64,000 nucleotides of DNA from Schizochytrium sp. TIO01 (lineage: Eukaryota > Protista > Bigyra: Labyrinthulomycetes), in the NCBI GenBank assembly GCA_004764695.1, contig SMSO01000031.1:8724761-8788760 (forward strand). The letters run 5' to 3'. Every line of letters begins with the position of its first letter. Position 1 is the stretch's first letter. The notes under the pieces are model-generated. The model searched no databases. It saw nothing but the letters and a program-made list of their open reading frames with translations, and had not been told where the DNA came from. Shown here piece after piece: positions 33,361 through 44,147 of the stretch. The position numbers were made by a program, and so were the translations under genes.

Positions 33361-33555
33361 CAAGAGTTGTCTTTGAGTTCCGGGTTCGCGATTGGGCCTT
33401 AGCCCCGTTTGGCACAGTGGGAAATGCAAGTTCTGCAAATTTTATAGGGTAAATTATAGGCGTCTTACCATGATATGACTAGGAAAAAGACGAACAGAAA
33501 AAGAAAGAGTCGAGGAAGGTAACAAATCGACAAGGAGCAACAGACCCTTCCCTCG

Positions 33556-36036
33556 ATGAGTCGCAAGGCCGTGGGCCGCTGGCAGCTCGAGCGCAGGCTC
33601 GGTGCGGGATCCTTCGCCAGCGTCTTCCTTGCGAGCCGCCGCCCAGACGGCGGGGCCGTGGCCGCTCTCGACGCCGGGCTCCGGCAAGATGGCCTCAAGA
33701 AGAACGACGCCGGTGACGACGGTGCCGACGGCGACGTGCAAAGTCACACTGCTGAGAACCAGAGCCAGTATGGAATGATAGGAAACAACGCAGGCCCGTG
33801 GCCAGAAAGGGTGGCCATCAAGGCCATTTCTAGATCAAAATTAACGAAAAAGCTCGAGCGGAATTTGCAAAAGGAGGTCTCAATTTTGCAGGGTTTGGTG
33901 CATGACAATATTGTGGCATTGCTGGAGACCGTCGAGACAGGGAGACATATTTATCTAGTAATGGAATACTGTGCAGGAGGAGATCTCCACGCACTCCTTA
34001 AGTCTACAGGACCGCTGCCAGTGGATCTAGCGAGACACTTTGTACGACAGCTTGCGGATGGTATGCACTTCCTGTGGTCGCAGAACCTCATCCATAGGGA
34101 TCTCAAGCCACACAACTTACTTCTCACAGAAAGGTCGATTCGTGGCGTACTTAAAATTGCAGATTTTGGATTCGCAACGCATCTCGAGGCGGCAGCTATG
34201 GCAGACACCATGTGCGGAAGTCCACTCTACATGGTAAGTTCATTTTGGAGAGAGAAAACTTGGTCTTAGATTGTAAAGGTTCACGAATTCATCAGGCCTG
34301 ATTTTGGCCTTTGTGGTTTCATAAATTAGAGAAAGCTGGAAATCTGGAGAAAACTAACAAGAGACAACTTTTATGATGTTATTGGCAATGTATTTGTTTG
34401 AAAACACACATTTTACAAACAGGCACCAGAAGTTCTCGATGGGAAGCGCTATGATAGCCGTGCTGATCTATGGTCAGCCGGCACTATTTTGTTCGAGATG
34501 TTGATAGGAAAGCCCCCCTTCCAGGGATCATCTCCACGCGAACTTTTGCGAAACATTTTACGCAGTCCGTTCCGATTTCCTTTAGAAAAAAGAGATTGTC
34601 CGGGTGATTGCATTAGTTTACTTCAAAGTTTGCTCATGGCAGACCCTAACCAACGAATCACCTTTGAGGAATTTTATGAACATCCTTTCCTGCGAGAAGA
34701 CATCAATCCGGACGAGGCGGCTCTTCGCGCTCTCTCCTCTTCGTCCTCAAGCGACAGTGAAGACTCCAATCTTCCAGACTCAGCAGATGAAGACTCTGAT
34801 GGAGAATTCAAGGGGAAGAAGAAAGAATTAACCACAGATGATGATCCACCACATAGTAGCGGGCCAAAGGCAAAGGGTTTACTCGATCGTGTAGTGAATG
34901 GTCCAGGACCCTCAAGCCCAAGTGAAGAAACATGGGAGATCATTCCCTCGTCACAACCTGAGTCATTCCGGAACCGTACACAAAGTGATCAGCAACCCTC
35001 TCGGAACTCTCCACCATTACATCGTCGTGCCTTTCAGCCACTAGTAAGGGGTGCTTCAGGGACTGGGCTGAGTAACCATCATCACAACCTCTCCAAGCAA
35101 CCCAATCACCAAATGGGAGCTGTTTCTGGAGGTAGCACGCAAGCAACGAATCTTCCACGAACTCAAAAACAAGTAGCACCAGGCACTGCTGTAACCGTCC
35201 AAGCGCTGCGTTTCGCTGGAGAACTTACAAAGCGAATTCGTATCTTGGTAGACCTTGCTCGTGATCTCGCGTCCGATGGCGAAGCTGATTTCGGCATCAC
35301 ACGTAACCTGACCATGGCACATTACCGTAATTTACCGTCAATATCTCTTGTTCTCATAGTAAAAGCCCTGAAGCTGCTTACATTAGGTCTTGACGCTACA
35401 GAGCAGGCTGCAGGAGTACTTGATCAGACCTTGCTTCGAGCAGCACGTGTAACTCGCGACGAAGTTCGCAGCCTCTATGCAGAAACAGCTCGACACGGTG
35501 AGCAAATTCGTAAGCAGGCTCGTCAAATGGCAAGTATGGATCGAACACCTAGTGCAGAGAACCTTATGATTGAAATTGCTTTGCAACTTGGACAAGCTTG
35601 CGCGACTAGTGTTTTGCGATGTCAACATAATGGATCTGTCCAGGACCAGCAAACTTCGTCTAAACTTAGCCATACTGAAGCAAACAATCACGAGTTAGAT
35701 CAGATGCAGAGTTTGGGAGAAACCCATACACCTCAAGAAACACAGAACAACTATGTTGAAGATACCGACGTACACCATGGTGAAAACTTTATCTTAGATG
35801 GCAATGCTGGCCAAGCCAGTAACACTGACTGTAAACATGGGGATACTAGCACTACCCCACATGATTCTGGTGGCTCTGAGCAAACTCCGCGCGCAGCATC
35901 AATTCGTTCGCTTGAAATTGCGATTGTTATTCTCGAATTACTGACTTGTGATCCAAATGTACCGAGTACAGAAAAAGACCGTATCATGGGCCTGAAAGCA
36001 GTCTTTCTGCAACGGAAACGAAGACTTTGTTCATAA
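33556..36036 (+). CDS. ATG1: ATG1/ULK-family Ser/Thr kinase, 2 exons (33556-34233, 34423-36036)
   Basis: 'LGAGSFASV', VAIK, 'HRDLKPHNLLL', 'LKIADFGFA', 'TMCGSPLYM|APEVL...DLWS'. The GTAAGT...ACAG intron (34234-34422) joins the two ORFs in frame. Confidence 0.88.
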
Positions 36037-36122
36037 TTTAAACTGATACCTAGGCCTATTTAAACTTTGATAAATTCTGAATGAACTTCTTGCTCATTTA
36101 TACTCAAGCGTTACCTTTTGAC

Positions 36123-36268
36123 TAGCCAGTTAACCACAGATTCACCTACGGCAGGAATAGCAGAAATAAGATTAGTAATAACGGTAGCTCCCCCAAAAGA
36201 CATTTGACCCCAAGGTAGAACATATCCAATGAAAGCGGTAGCATTAAAAAAAAAATAATAATAATGCC
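36123..36268 (-). pseudogene. cob: NUMT fragment of mitochondrial cytochrome b
   Basis: Minus strand reads [40 protein letters not shown], the invariant cyt b segment, with the conserved W replaced by G. A frameshift lies next to the upstream T-run. Confidence 0.93.
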
Positions 36269-36270
36269 TT

Positions 36271-36390
36271 TTTGATAAAGTGTACACCGAAATCGTAGGT
36301 CAATCTGGTTTGCGATTCACTTATGATATTTCATACCGTTTGCTAGATCGAGGTATTCTTGAAATCTTGGGACCTTTTGGGCTGACTAGC
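36271..36390 (+). pseudogene. nad5: NUMT fragment of mitochondrial nad5 (C-terminal region)
   Basis: Reads [40 protein letters not shown], matching the Nad5 'FDxxYN...SYKxxDKGxxExxGPxG' segment. Confidence 0.85.
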
Positions 36391-36808
36391 TTCCCTCCGC
36401 AGACGTGTGCTTTGAAGGAACACGAAAACAGTGCAATCAAAACCTGCACTTTTTCTTCCAAATCATAGGTCATTACTTTTCTTCCCCCAATAAAGAAGTT
36501 TGTAAACTTTATCCCTACCAGTGTTCCACAGTGGACATGTTTAAGAACTAGAAAGTATAATTAAAAACCCAAAAAACTGCTTCCTCAGAAAAAATGAAGC
36601 AGGCCTGTACGTTGATTTTCAAAGGATAGTTGCTTTTTTTTTCGAAAAGACCTCTTTAATAGTGCTATGGAGTGCAATATATATATATATATCAATTTTA
36701 AACAATTACTAATATGATTTCAGGGATCAGCATGAGGTTTAATAAAGTCGATGAACTGTTAGATGCGCGATGTTCACGATTCATTAAGACATCATAAGGT
36801 GAGATGCA

Positions 36809-39800
36809 CTATACTGCTGACGAGGAACAGCTAAATTCCGATTCCAGAGCAGCCGTGAGGCGCTCCTGAACAGCAGAACGAGCTCTGGAAATTTTCAGAA
36901 AGACATCTGCAGCCTGTGCTTGTAAGTCCGGATGGAATGAAACCCACCTGTCCGGATGCCATTCTAAGGATGCGCGATGATATGCCTTTCGAAGTTGGGA
37001 GGATGTTACATTTGCTTCAATTCCAAGAATCTCTTCTGCAGTCATCTCCTCAGTTGGTACACCAAAGCCAGCTAAGAGCTTTGCTGGTCCATTCTTCAAG
37101 CGGACGTATGTCCCTTGAGAGAATGGGTGAGGGCTCTCGAGTACTTCAATGCCAACACTCTCTAGTTCTTCTTCACATGATCGAGCATATAGCCAACTGG
37201 ACCACGGGTAAGAGACGTAGTGTACTTCATCAGCTTCATCAAGAGGATTCTTGCATTGGAGTCGCACTGGGAGAGACGCACACCGAAGTAGCGCCCTAAG
37301 AGCTTCGGCCATGTTGCGGTGAGCTGAGAATTTAAATGGCAACGAACGGATCAAAGGGAGGCTGGCAAAAGAAGCAATTAGTTCAAAATCACCAGAAACA
37401 CCAACAACTCGGACTTGGGGAAACTGGACCCAATGGCCATTCGAATAAAGCGCGGGGTCCGTTTCTAGGTTCTCCACAGGGAGAAATTCATTTGTAATGC
37501 CATCACGACGGAGGCGAACAATGACAAAGTCTTGTCCACCCCAACCTAGGCCGCGACCAGGTGCATCAGATAAGTTTGTTGGAAAATTGAATTGATCAAC
37601 AAGCTCGTAAATCAAAGGCCCCAAATTATCTCCTGTCAACAGCTTACCTGAAATCACAAGCTCATACAATTCCCGTGTCTGTAGCAGGGTGAGTCGCGTT
37701 GGCCTACTTGCAGCTACACGGCATGCTTCAATCATACGACGAGATAGGCCCTTGTTCGGAGTTAATGATCGACTTACAATAGAGTGTGATGCACAACGTT
37801 GAGGGGCTTCTGACACACCAGGTTCAAGAGCAAGTCTCTCAGGTTGACGGCATATCACGACAGCAATATCCGCCCCAGCTGTTGGTACTAGTGCTTGCGC
37901 ACACTTCACTGGACGTAGATCTTTCGCCTTTTGACAAAGCTTAATCATCTGGCCTCGTGAAATGCGCAGATCGCGAGAAATAGATGCAGCACATTCTCCG
38001 GGAATATGGCTTTCTGCGTTTGTACATAGCTCAATCTTATCCAGACGAGTCCATCCCGAGGGCGCAGAAGCTACACACAACGCAGTTATGTTCGCAAATG
38101 GTACACTACAAAAGCTCAGTAGCTCGCGAAGCTCAAAATCTCTTGACTTGTCGAAGACATCGCGAACACATCCCGGGGCTTCATTTGCGTCTGCTAAACA
38201 AAGTTCTATAATTTGCTTGCCTGTAAGACTAGACATTTCGCGCTGTAAATTTACAAAGCACCGTACGGGTAATTCAGAAGTAGCGTTTGTACAGAGTCGA
38301 GCCAGGTCATTTTGTCCGAGCCCAACCTCCGAACCAAGGCGCAAGCATTTACGCATATCATTTGAAAGGTTCACATCAAGAGGACTTTGACAAAGCTGAA
38401 CAATTGATTCGACATCATCAAGACCCCCACTCGTAGCGGCTTGTATACAACGTGCTAACTTCTGACTATGGTCCTTCCCCGCTTTAGCACATAGACGCAC
38501 TGCCTGGCCGGGCGAGAATGCTGTTGCGAGGCTTTCCAGGCAAACTGTTGCTGGATCGTCACCTGCGTTTGAGCAAAGCTCTTTGATTTGAGACAAGGAC
38601 AATCCTCTTCTAGATCCTAGGCGAGCACACTCAAGGCTCACAACGCTTCTTACAAGGTCAAGTATGTCTACAGGTTTCAGATCAAGAACTTCAGCTAGAT
38701 TTGCAGCATGTTGTGCGCCCTTGGAACCCGAAAGCACAGATTGTCCATCGTGTCGGAATTGACAAAGCTTGATGACTGAGCGCTTAGTAACACGTTTGAC
38801 CTTGGCTTCCACGCCACTGACTACACAATTTGCGATTGCTTCACCTGGAAACTTGGCATTTTGGCACGCATCAACGATCAACTGAGCATCCAATTTTAAT
38901 GAGGACTCCTCGAGTCGACTGGCACACACAGCAGGAGCACTCGATTCACTACCTGTGCACAACTTCTCGCGAAAAGGACTTGCCAGAGAGGTAGCCAGGA
39001 CGCACGCCTCAATGCTTTGAGTTCCATTTGGAACTGACGTGCAGAGATCAACAAGTATTTGAGACTCTACTCGACTCGTCCCAACTCGCTTTCGATAGTG
39101 TTGAATGCACTCGATTGCATCTATGCCATATTGAGCCTTTGTACACAATTCACGAAGTCTGGGTAGAGGTTCGTCAAAAACTCGTGCCTTTAGTAAACCT
39201 TTGCCGGCCTCCATACATGATGTTGGCTCGCGTTGCTCAATTCCAAGGTCTCCATGAGTTGTGTTGGAACACATCTCCTGTACTTCATCATCAGAAAGCT
39301 CTTTGTAGTGCTTTCGTAGCTGAAAGGCACACTGTGCAGGGTATGAGTCCTTTGCTGATTGACAAAGGTTCGCTGCAAACTCCTCATTAAGCTTACGAGA
39401 AATTGACTCTGCAAAGCACTCTGCAGGGCCTCTGCAGTTGCCTTCACGAAGTGGGCTCTTACACACAAGAGCTGCCGATGCTGCAAATTGTTGCAAATTG
39501 GATTTGGAGAGGCCACGCTGCAAAGCTTCGATGCAACAAATTCCATGAAGTGGTTCAACAGCACACATAGCAATAGTTGCAGCACGGTGAGCGCTTGCCA
39601 GGCCGATTTTGTGGCTTTGTGTATAACAGTATGAAGGGCCGCCGTCAGTCGCGAACCTACAAAGATCAATGATCTCTTGCGTCGACATCGTAGGGTCTAC
39701 TTTTACCGCATCAGCGGCACATTGTAGCTGGGATGCACCAACCCCACTAGGTACGAGATGATGATCCTTGCATAGTTGCAAGGCAGCTGCACGAGGTGGC

Positions 39801-40993
39801 GATGACTGCCTCATTGGCCGTAGGCATTGAGCCCTGGCCAATCCATGCTCGTCTGAGCGAGAAAATGAATTATGAGCTCGACAAAATCCATGTGCTTCTT
39901 CGAGCGATACAGGTACATTCCCTCGAAGTATATCACGAAGGCAAGTTGAGGGTCCGGTCTGAGATTTGCTTAGGTCTACTGTGGTGCCGTTGCATAATGA
40001 AACACGTTCCTCCGGGCTAAGCTGGGAGGGAGCCTGGCGTACACACTTGAGACGGTCAGGCAAAATTCCTATCGGATGTGCACGGTTGCATAGACTCGCA
40101 CGAAGCTCAGGGTTGAAAGAGGCACCTTGTACTTGCTGCCAGCCTCCGTGCTGAAAACAAGATACTGGGACATCCGATTCTGCTCCTACACAAAGAGAGG
40201 CAGCAATTTCTGGTTGTATATTCGCTTTGTTGGCACTTGCCGCACACTGTCCAGGGCTTGCAGTTTGGGCTTCTTGACAGACACTTGTGCAAACTTCACT
40301 CGGGGCTCGTCCGCACGCAAGAGCACATTCTTGCGGGCTCGATGATGCTGCCTTATGGCAGATCTGAATAACCTGGTCATTAGAAAGACCACGATTCCCT
40401 TTACGTACAGCTTCTGCGCAGGATGCCGCGTTGCTTTGTCCTTTTTGACAAAGACGCACAACATCATACGTATCAACTCCTGCGGTGCGCATTGAGGATT
40501 CGACACATTGTGCTTTGATGTTTGCTGTGCCTTCGACGGTTTTAGCACAAAGTTCGATTATTTGTCCATGGGAGAAGCGTGGGTCTTCCACTAGTCGTAC
40601 GCAAAGCCCAACAGAGTTAGACTCAGCACCAGCACATAGCATAGCACGCTCAGAAGCTGCCCATGTCGCTCGAGGCGCTGACAGGCAGTCTCGCAGAGCG
40701 TTGAGGTTTCCTCCGTGGCTGCAAAGCGTAATTAAATCTTCTCGATTGAACTGTTCCGAAAAGGTGACAGCACATTTTGCAATATTTTCATCGCTAGGGT
40801 CGAGTCTGCAGAGTCTCCCGCGCTGGTTCTTTGACCATACGGCGAGAGCTGGGAAGCTCGAGCATGCCTGGCTCTCATGACCAGTTTGAGAAAGTGAATT
40901 TGCAGCTGCATCCACCTTCAAGCCTTGAACAATGAAAAGAACGATGCATAGGGCTAGGATTCGTAGTGGTGCCGGGCATTCTCGCGAAGCCAT
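36809..40993 (-). CDS. Large secreted/ER Cys-rich repeat protein with C-terminal DnaJ domain
   Basis: ATG 40993 (MASRE) and a signal-like hydrophobic stretch, then ~1,050 aa of repeating 'xxxLC...PxxC' units. J-domain 'AEEILGI...LRKAYHRASLEWHPDRW...FLKISRA' with HPD. Confidence 0.82.
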   Translation of the reverse strand: MASRECPAPLRILALCIVLFIVQGLKVDAAANSLSQTGHESQACSSFPALAVWSKNQRGRLCRLDPSDENIAKCAVTFSEQFNREDLITLCSHGGNLNALRDCLSAPRATWAASERAMLCAGAESNSVGLCVRLVEDPRFSHGQIIELCAKTVEGTANIKAQCVESSMRTAGVDTYDVVRLCQKGQSNAASCAEAVRKGNRGLSNDQVIQICHKAASSSPQECALACGRAPSEVCTSVCQEAQTASPGQCAASANKANIQPEIAASLCVGAESDVPVSCFQHGGWQQVQGASFNPELRASLCNRAHPIGILPDRLKCVRQAPSQLSPEERVSLCNGTTVDLSKSQTGPSTCLRDILRGNVPVSLEEAHGFCRAHNSFSRSDEHGLARAQCLRPMRQSSPPRAAALQLCKDHHLVPSGVGASQLQCAADAVKVDPTMSTQEIIDLCRFATDGGPSYCYTQSHKIGLASAHRAATIAMCAVEPLHGICCIEALQRGLSKSNLQQFAASAALVCKSPLREGNCRGPAECFAESISRKLNEEFAANLCQSAKDSYPAQCAFQLRKHYKELSDDEVQEMCSNTTHGDLGIEQREPTSCMEAGKGLLKARVFDEPLPRLRELCTKAQYGIDAIECIQHYRKRVGTSRVESQILVDLCTSVPNGTQSIEACVLATSLASPFREKLCTGSESSAPAVCASRLEESSLKLDAQLIVDACQNAKFPGEAIANCVVSGVEAKVKRVTKRSVIKLCQFRHDGQSVLSGSKGAQHAANLAEVLDLKPVDILDLVRSVVSLECARLGSRRGLSLSQIKELCSNAGDDPATVCLESLATAFSPGQAVRLCAKAGKDHSQKLARCIQAATSGGLDDVESIVQLCQSPLDVNLSNDMRKCLRLGSEVGLGQNDLARLCTNATSELPVRCFVNLQREMSSLTGKQIIELCLADANEAPGCVRDVFDKSRDFELRELLSFCSVPFANITALCVASAPSGWTRLDKIELCTNAESHIPGECAASISRDLRISRGQMIKLCQKAKDLRPVKCAQALVPTAGADIAVVICRQPERLALEPGVSEAPQRCASHSIVSRSLTPNKGLSRRMIEACRVAASRPTRLTLLQTRELYELVISGKLLTGDNLGPLIYELVDQFNFPTNLSDAPGRGLGWGGQDFVIVRLRRDGITNEFLPVENLETDPALYSNGHWVQFPQVRVVGVSGDFELIASFASLPLIRSLPFKFSAHRNMAEALRALLRCASLPVRLQCKNPLDEADEVHYVSYPWSSWLYARSCEEELESVGIEVLESPHPFSQGTYVRLKNGPAKLLAGFGVPTEEMTAEEILGIEANVTSSQLRKAYHRASLEWHPDRWVSFHPDLQAQAADVFLKISRARSAVQERLTAALESEFSCSSSAV

Positions 40994-42143
40994 GTTGGAG
41001 CGGGCACGTCTAGCCCGCTCACGCTTTACGTTTCGCGACGTAGAGATGTTTAGTTTTATTGACCAAGTTAGCAGTTTGCGACTCTTCAACAAGTTTTGGT
41101 TCGATTCCCTCTTCTCCCTAAAGTCTGCGAGAGTTTCTGAATCTACACTGGTTTGCGCCCTTGGGTGATCTAGATCTCCTTACTTTCCCGAGTAGCCCTG
41201 TAGGATCAATAGTAGTAGCGTTTATTTTAATTTCTGCTGCGATCGTTTCGACTTTGTCTCGCCCGAGAACGATGAATCTGAACCTTAAAATTTAAATGCA
41301 GAGCGCAGGTAGCGAGTGATGTAAGCTCTGTAACCTGTACTCGTTGTCAAGGAAACTAATCGAGGGCCTCTTGCACCATAGAAAGAAAATCGCAAAAGGC
41401 AACGTGGTTTCCCGAGTATCTGTTTGGGCAAGCGTGCCCGTTTCCTCACCACCTCAGACCAGGCCTATGCTTCTCGCTCTAATTTGTTGTTCTTGTATAA
41501 TACTACGTAGTTCTAGGACCCAGAGTTTCAGAATTGCGCCCCCTAAGAGGTTCTGCGTTTTGTCAATCCGAACGCGGGCAAATGAAGGTTGGATAGCCTT
41601 CGCTCTTAGTTTTAGCTAACCACCTTCTTCTACCTTGGTGCGCAGGGTGTTTAATTTGAGGCGTAGGTATGGCTAAAGCGATTGATGAAGAATCCTCTGC
41701 GTCAACAAAGGAAAAAGAAAGGTACTCTAAGAAAGAGTAGGGCAAAGCCCTGCTATTGCAATATCGTGCACGATAGTCATGCATGACCCTATCTTATGTG
41801 TTGAAAAACTTCAACGGTCAAATGGTCTTAAACGTAAGTGCTAATAACAAGCGCTTCAATCTATTTCTGGCTATGCAAACACTAGGGATTATAGTGTGAT
41901 GAATAAGCAGGACTCACGAGCGGTGAATGCAGAATGGAACAAATGGGCTTCTGAGAACGTATAGCATATAGCGAGGTTGCTTATTGAGGTGGCGCTGACA
42001 CCCACGTTTACTGTGCAATAAGGTAGCAACAAACTCACGTGGAAAAGTAGTTCTTGAAAATAGAAAGGAAGTCAATACGCTTGAGGGAAACAGACAGTGG
42101 TGATACGAGGCGTTGACGTTGAGGCCGATCGTACTCGGCAGAG

Positions 42144-43124
42144 ATGGTCGTGACAGTGTTTTCTGAGCCTGTGCAGAGGCGCTACCGGACGTCAGTGTGC
42201 TCATTGGCGTTTTGCTTTCATGCATTAATGATTGTGGGCGCAATCTTGGTGCCATTCTACGTGGGGTTTGCGTCGAGGAACTTCTGGCTGAAGACGAATA
42301 CTTTTCGTGAGCAGCCCAGCTTGGAGTTCAAGTATGATATGATCTTCTTGCTTCATGGGATTTCAACTGAAGATCAGAGCGTGCAGACGTGGGCATGGGC
42401 CACTAACGAGGATGTCCGGGATGTTTATGAGCCGTACCTTCGCGCCCCAATGATCCGTGCTTGGTCGGAGGACGATAACATGGACGGTTTGGTAGATCGT
42501 TGGACTGTTGCAGTGCAGATGCCACTTGATGCGAGTGAGCAAGTGCTTCATGTGCAGGCCTTGGCTATGTTTGATTACTCATTAAACGGACCTGCACAGC
42601 TTGACATGGATGGGGTTGTATTTGTAGACTACAGTAGCTCAATGCCTGGGAAGAGTCTGCAGGTGGAGGGAGAGGTGAAGTTGAGACAGCGCTCGCCTCT
42701 CTCTGTGCGTCGCACGAACGCTGATCCGGCCTTGCTCTTCAATGCAGGACGGGGTTTAGCCTCGATGCAGTCTGCATCATTGGGAGCAATAATGGGAAGC
42801 TATGCAAAGCGCAACTATACCATGGACTTTACAAATGAATTCAAGGTCTGGGAAATCGCGAAGTCGCGTGATTCTTTTAGCACAACTGCAGGAAGCTTTG
42901 GACTCAATCTGACCGTGCACGTTCCGGTTGATGAGATTCTCTACACACCAGATCTGCCAGAGGTCCTCAAGGTAGCATGGATTCAATATTTTAGCTTGTT
43001 TGCATTATTTTTCTGTCTCATGTATGGGCTCATGTACTTTGTGTACACGAACCAGGTTCTTGAGACCCTGGTGGAGAGTGACGGCCGGGCACCCCATGTT
43101 CAATTTAAGCAGCACCGTTTCTAA
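42144..43124 (+). CDS. TMEM231: Ciliary transition-zone (MKS complex) protein TMEM231
   Basis: 'VFSEPVQRRY', TM1, 'FWLKTNTFREQP', 'EDDNMDG', 'LRQRSPL', 'ILYTPDLPEVLKVAWIQY', TM2. Confidence 0.9.
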   Translation: MVVTVFSEPVQRRYRTSVCSLAFCFHALMIVGAILVPFYVGFASRNFWLKTNTFREQPSLEFKYDMIFLLHGISTEDQSVQTWAWATNEDVRDVYEPYLRAPMIRAWSEDDNMDGLVDRWTVAVQMPLDASEQVLHVQALAMFDYSLNGPAQLDMDGVVFVDYSSSMPGKSLQVEGEVKLRQRSPLSVRRTNADPALLFNAGRGLASMQSASLGAIMGSYAKRNYTMDFTNEFKVWEIAKSRDSFSTTAGSFGLNLTVHVPVDEILYTPDLPEVLKVAWIQYFSLFALFFCLMYGLMYFVYTNQVLETLVESDGRAPHVQFKQHRF

Positions 43125-44147
43125 TCTCTTTAAACACTCCTTCATATACAACAAGGGCCTGTTTCTCCTCTCTATGCACTTCGTACTATTATTATCTCTC
43201 GTACCAAAGCTATAATCTTTGTTTGTTCTTGTTTGATCTAGCCTCTTTTTGTGTATTTGTTGGTTTATAGCCTTTGTTTATAGTAGTAGCCAAGCCACCC
43301 AATTTCTTTTTTTAAAAGTCTCATAAGTGAACCAAGTTATTATCAATCTACATCATGAAAAACTGAAATAATTATACCCAAAGTACTACCTAGGCACGTA
43401 CCTATTCATGATTTAAGTAAACGAATTGATAGGAGCGGACTCTGACTAGTGAGAGAGCTGGGCACTTTTTACCAAGGTAGGTAGTAGGTACCTAATACAG
43501 CGATCTTCAATCAGGCAACGCTACTTGCTACTTGTCACTTGTTATCTACCTACATAAGTTCTTTCATCATGCAACATTATCTCGCCAGCCAGGACTCAAT
43601 TCATCAGAGAACATGCTTCACGTTCTGGGTAGACGCATTGAACTTATTGTGGCAGAAAAGCTTCCGTTATCATGAACAATAACAAGAACAAGCGAGTAAC
43701 AAGGTGAACAACCCAAAATCTTGGGAAGAGAGAAATGTGACGATTGCTCTTGGGACACTGGAGGAGGAAGAAGAGCACGAAACCATCTTAATTACAAAGT
43801 GTAATGAAAGATACAAGTGAGGAGGGTGGAGGAGTTTGTAAGTTATTCATCGATGTGAGTTCGTTTCGTTTGAGTGTTAGCTTTTGGGATTACTACGATG
43901 ATTCAAGGTTGTTATTGCACGCAATAGTGGTGCATTGGACTTGATAGAGCCTCGGCGGGGCGACACGGGAGGGACAGAGAAGCAAAACCTTCGCTGGGTT
44001 TAACATAGGTCAGGTTTTGCCTAAAAACCACCGCAAGGACAGTGCTCTCAGGTCAAAATGTCACAAACGTGCAAAACGGAAAAGATCAATCAAGTAGGAT
44101 GTGGAGAAACAATAGATCAGCAGGCAGTAGTAGTGATTTATAAAAGA

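Larger units (their letters stand above)
32629..33459 (+). mobile_element. Decayed, internally deleted IS607-type element (TnpA + Fanzor2), copy 1
   Basis: Colinear nucleotide similarity with 59871-60964 from TTATTTAGGtCTTTG to GCAAATTTATAGG. Contains TnpA and Fanzor2 motifs in broken frames. Confidence 0.88.

Noticed and set aside
32675-33452. Treating the short ORFs here and at 60036-60559 as real small genes or an active Fanzor
   Set aside because: They are broken frames of the transposon relics. Both copies lack the Fanzor N-terminal half including RuvC-I and carry stops, so neither can encode an active nuclease.
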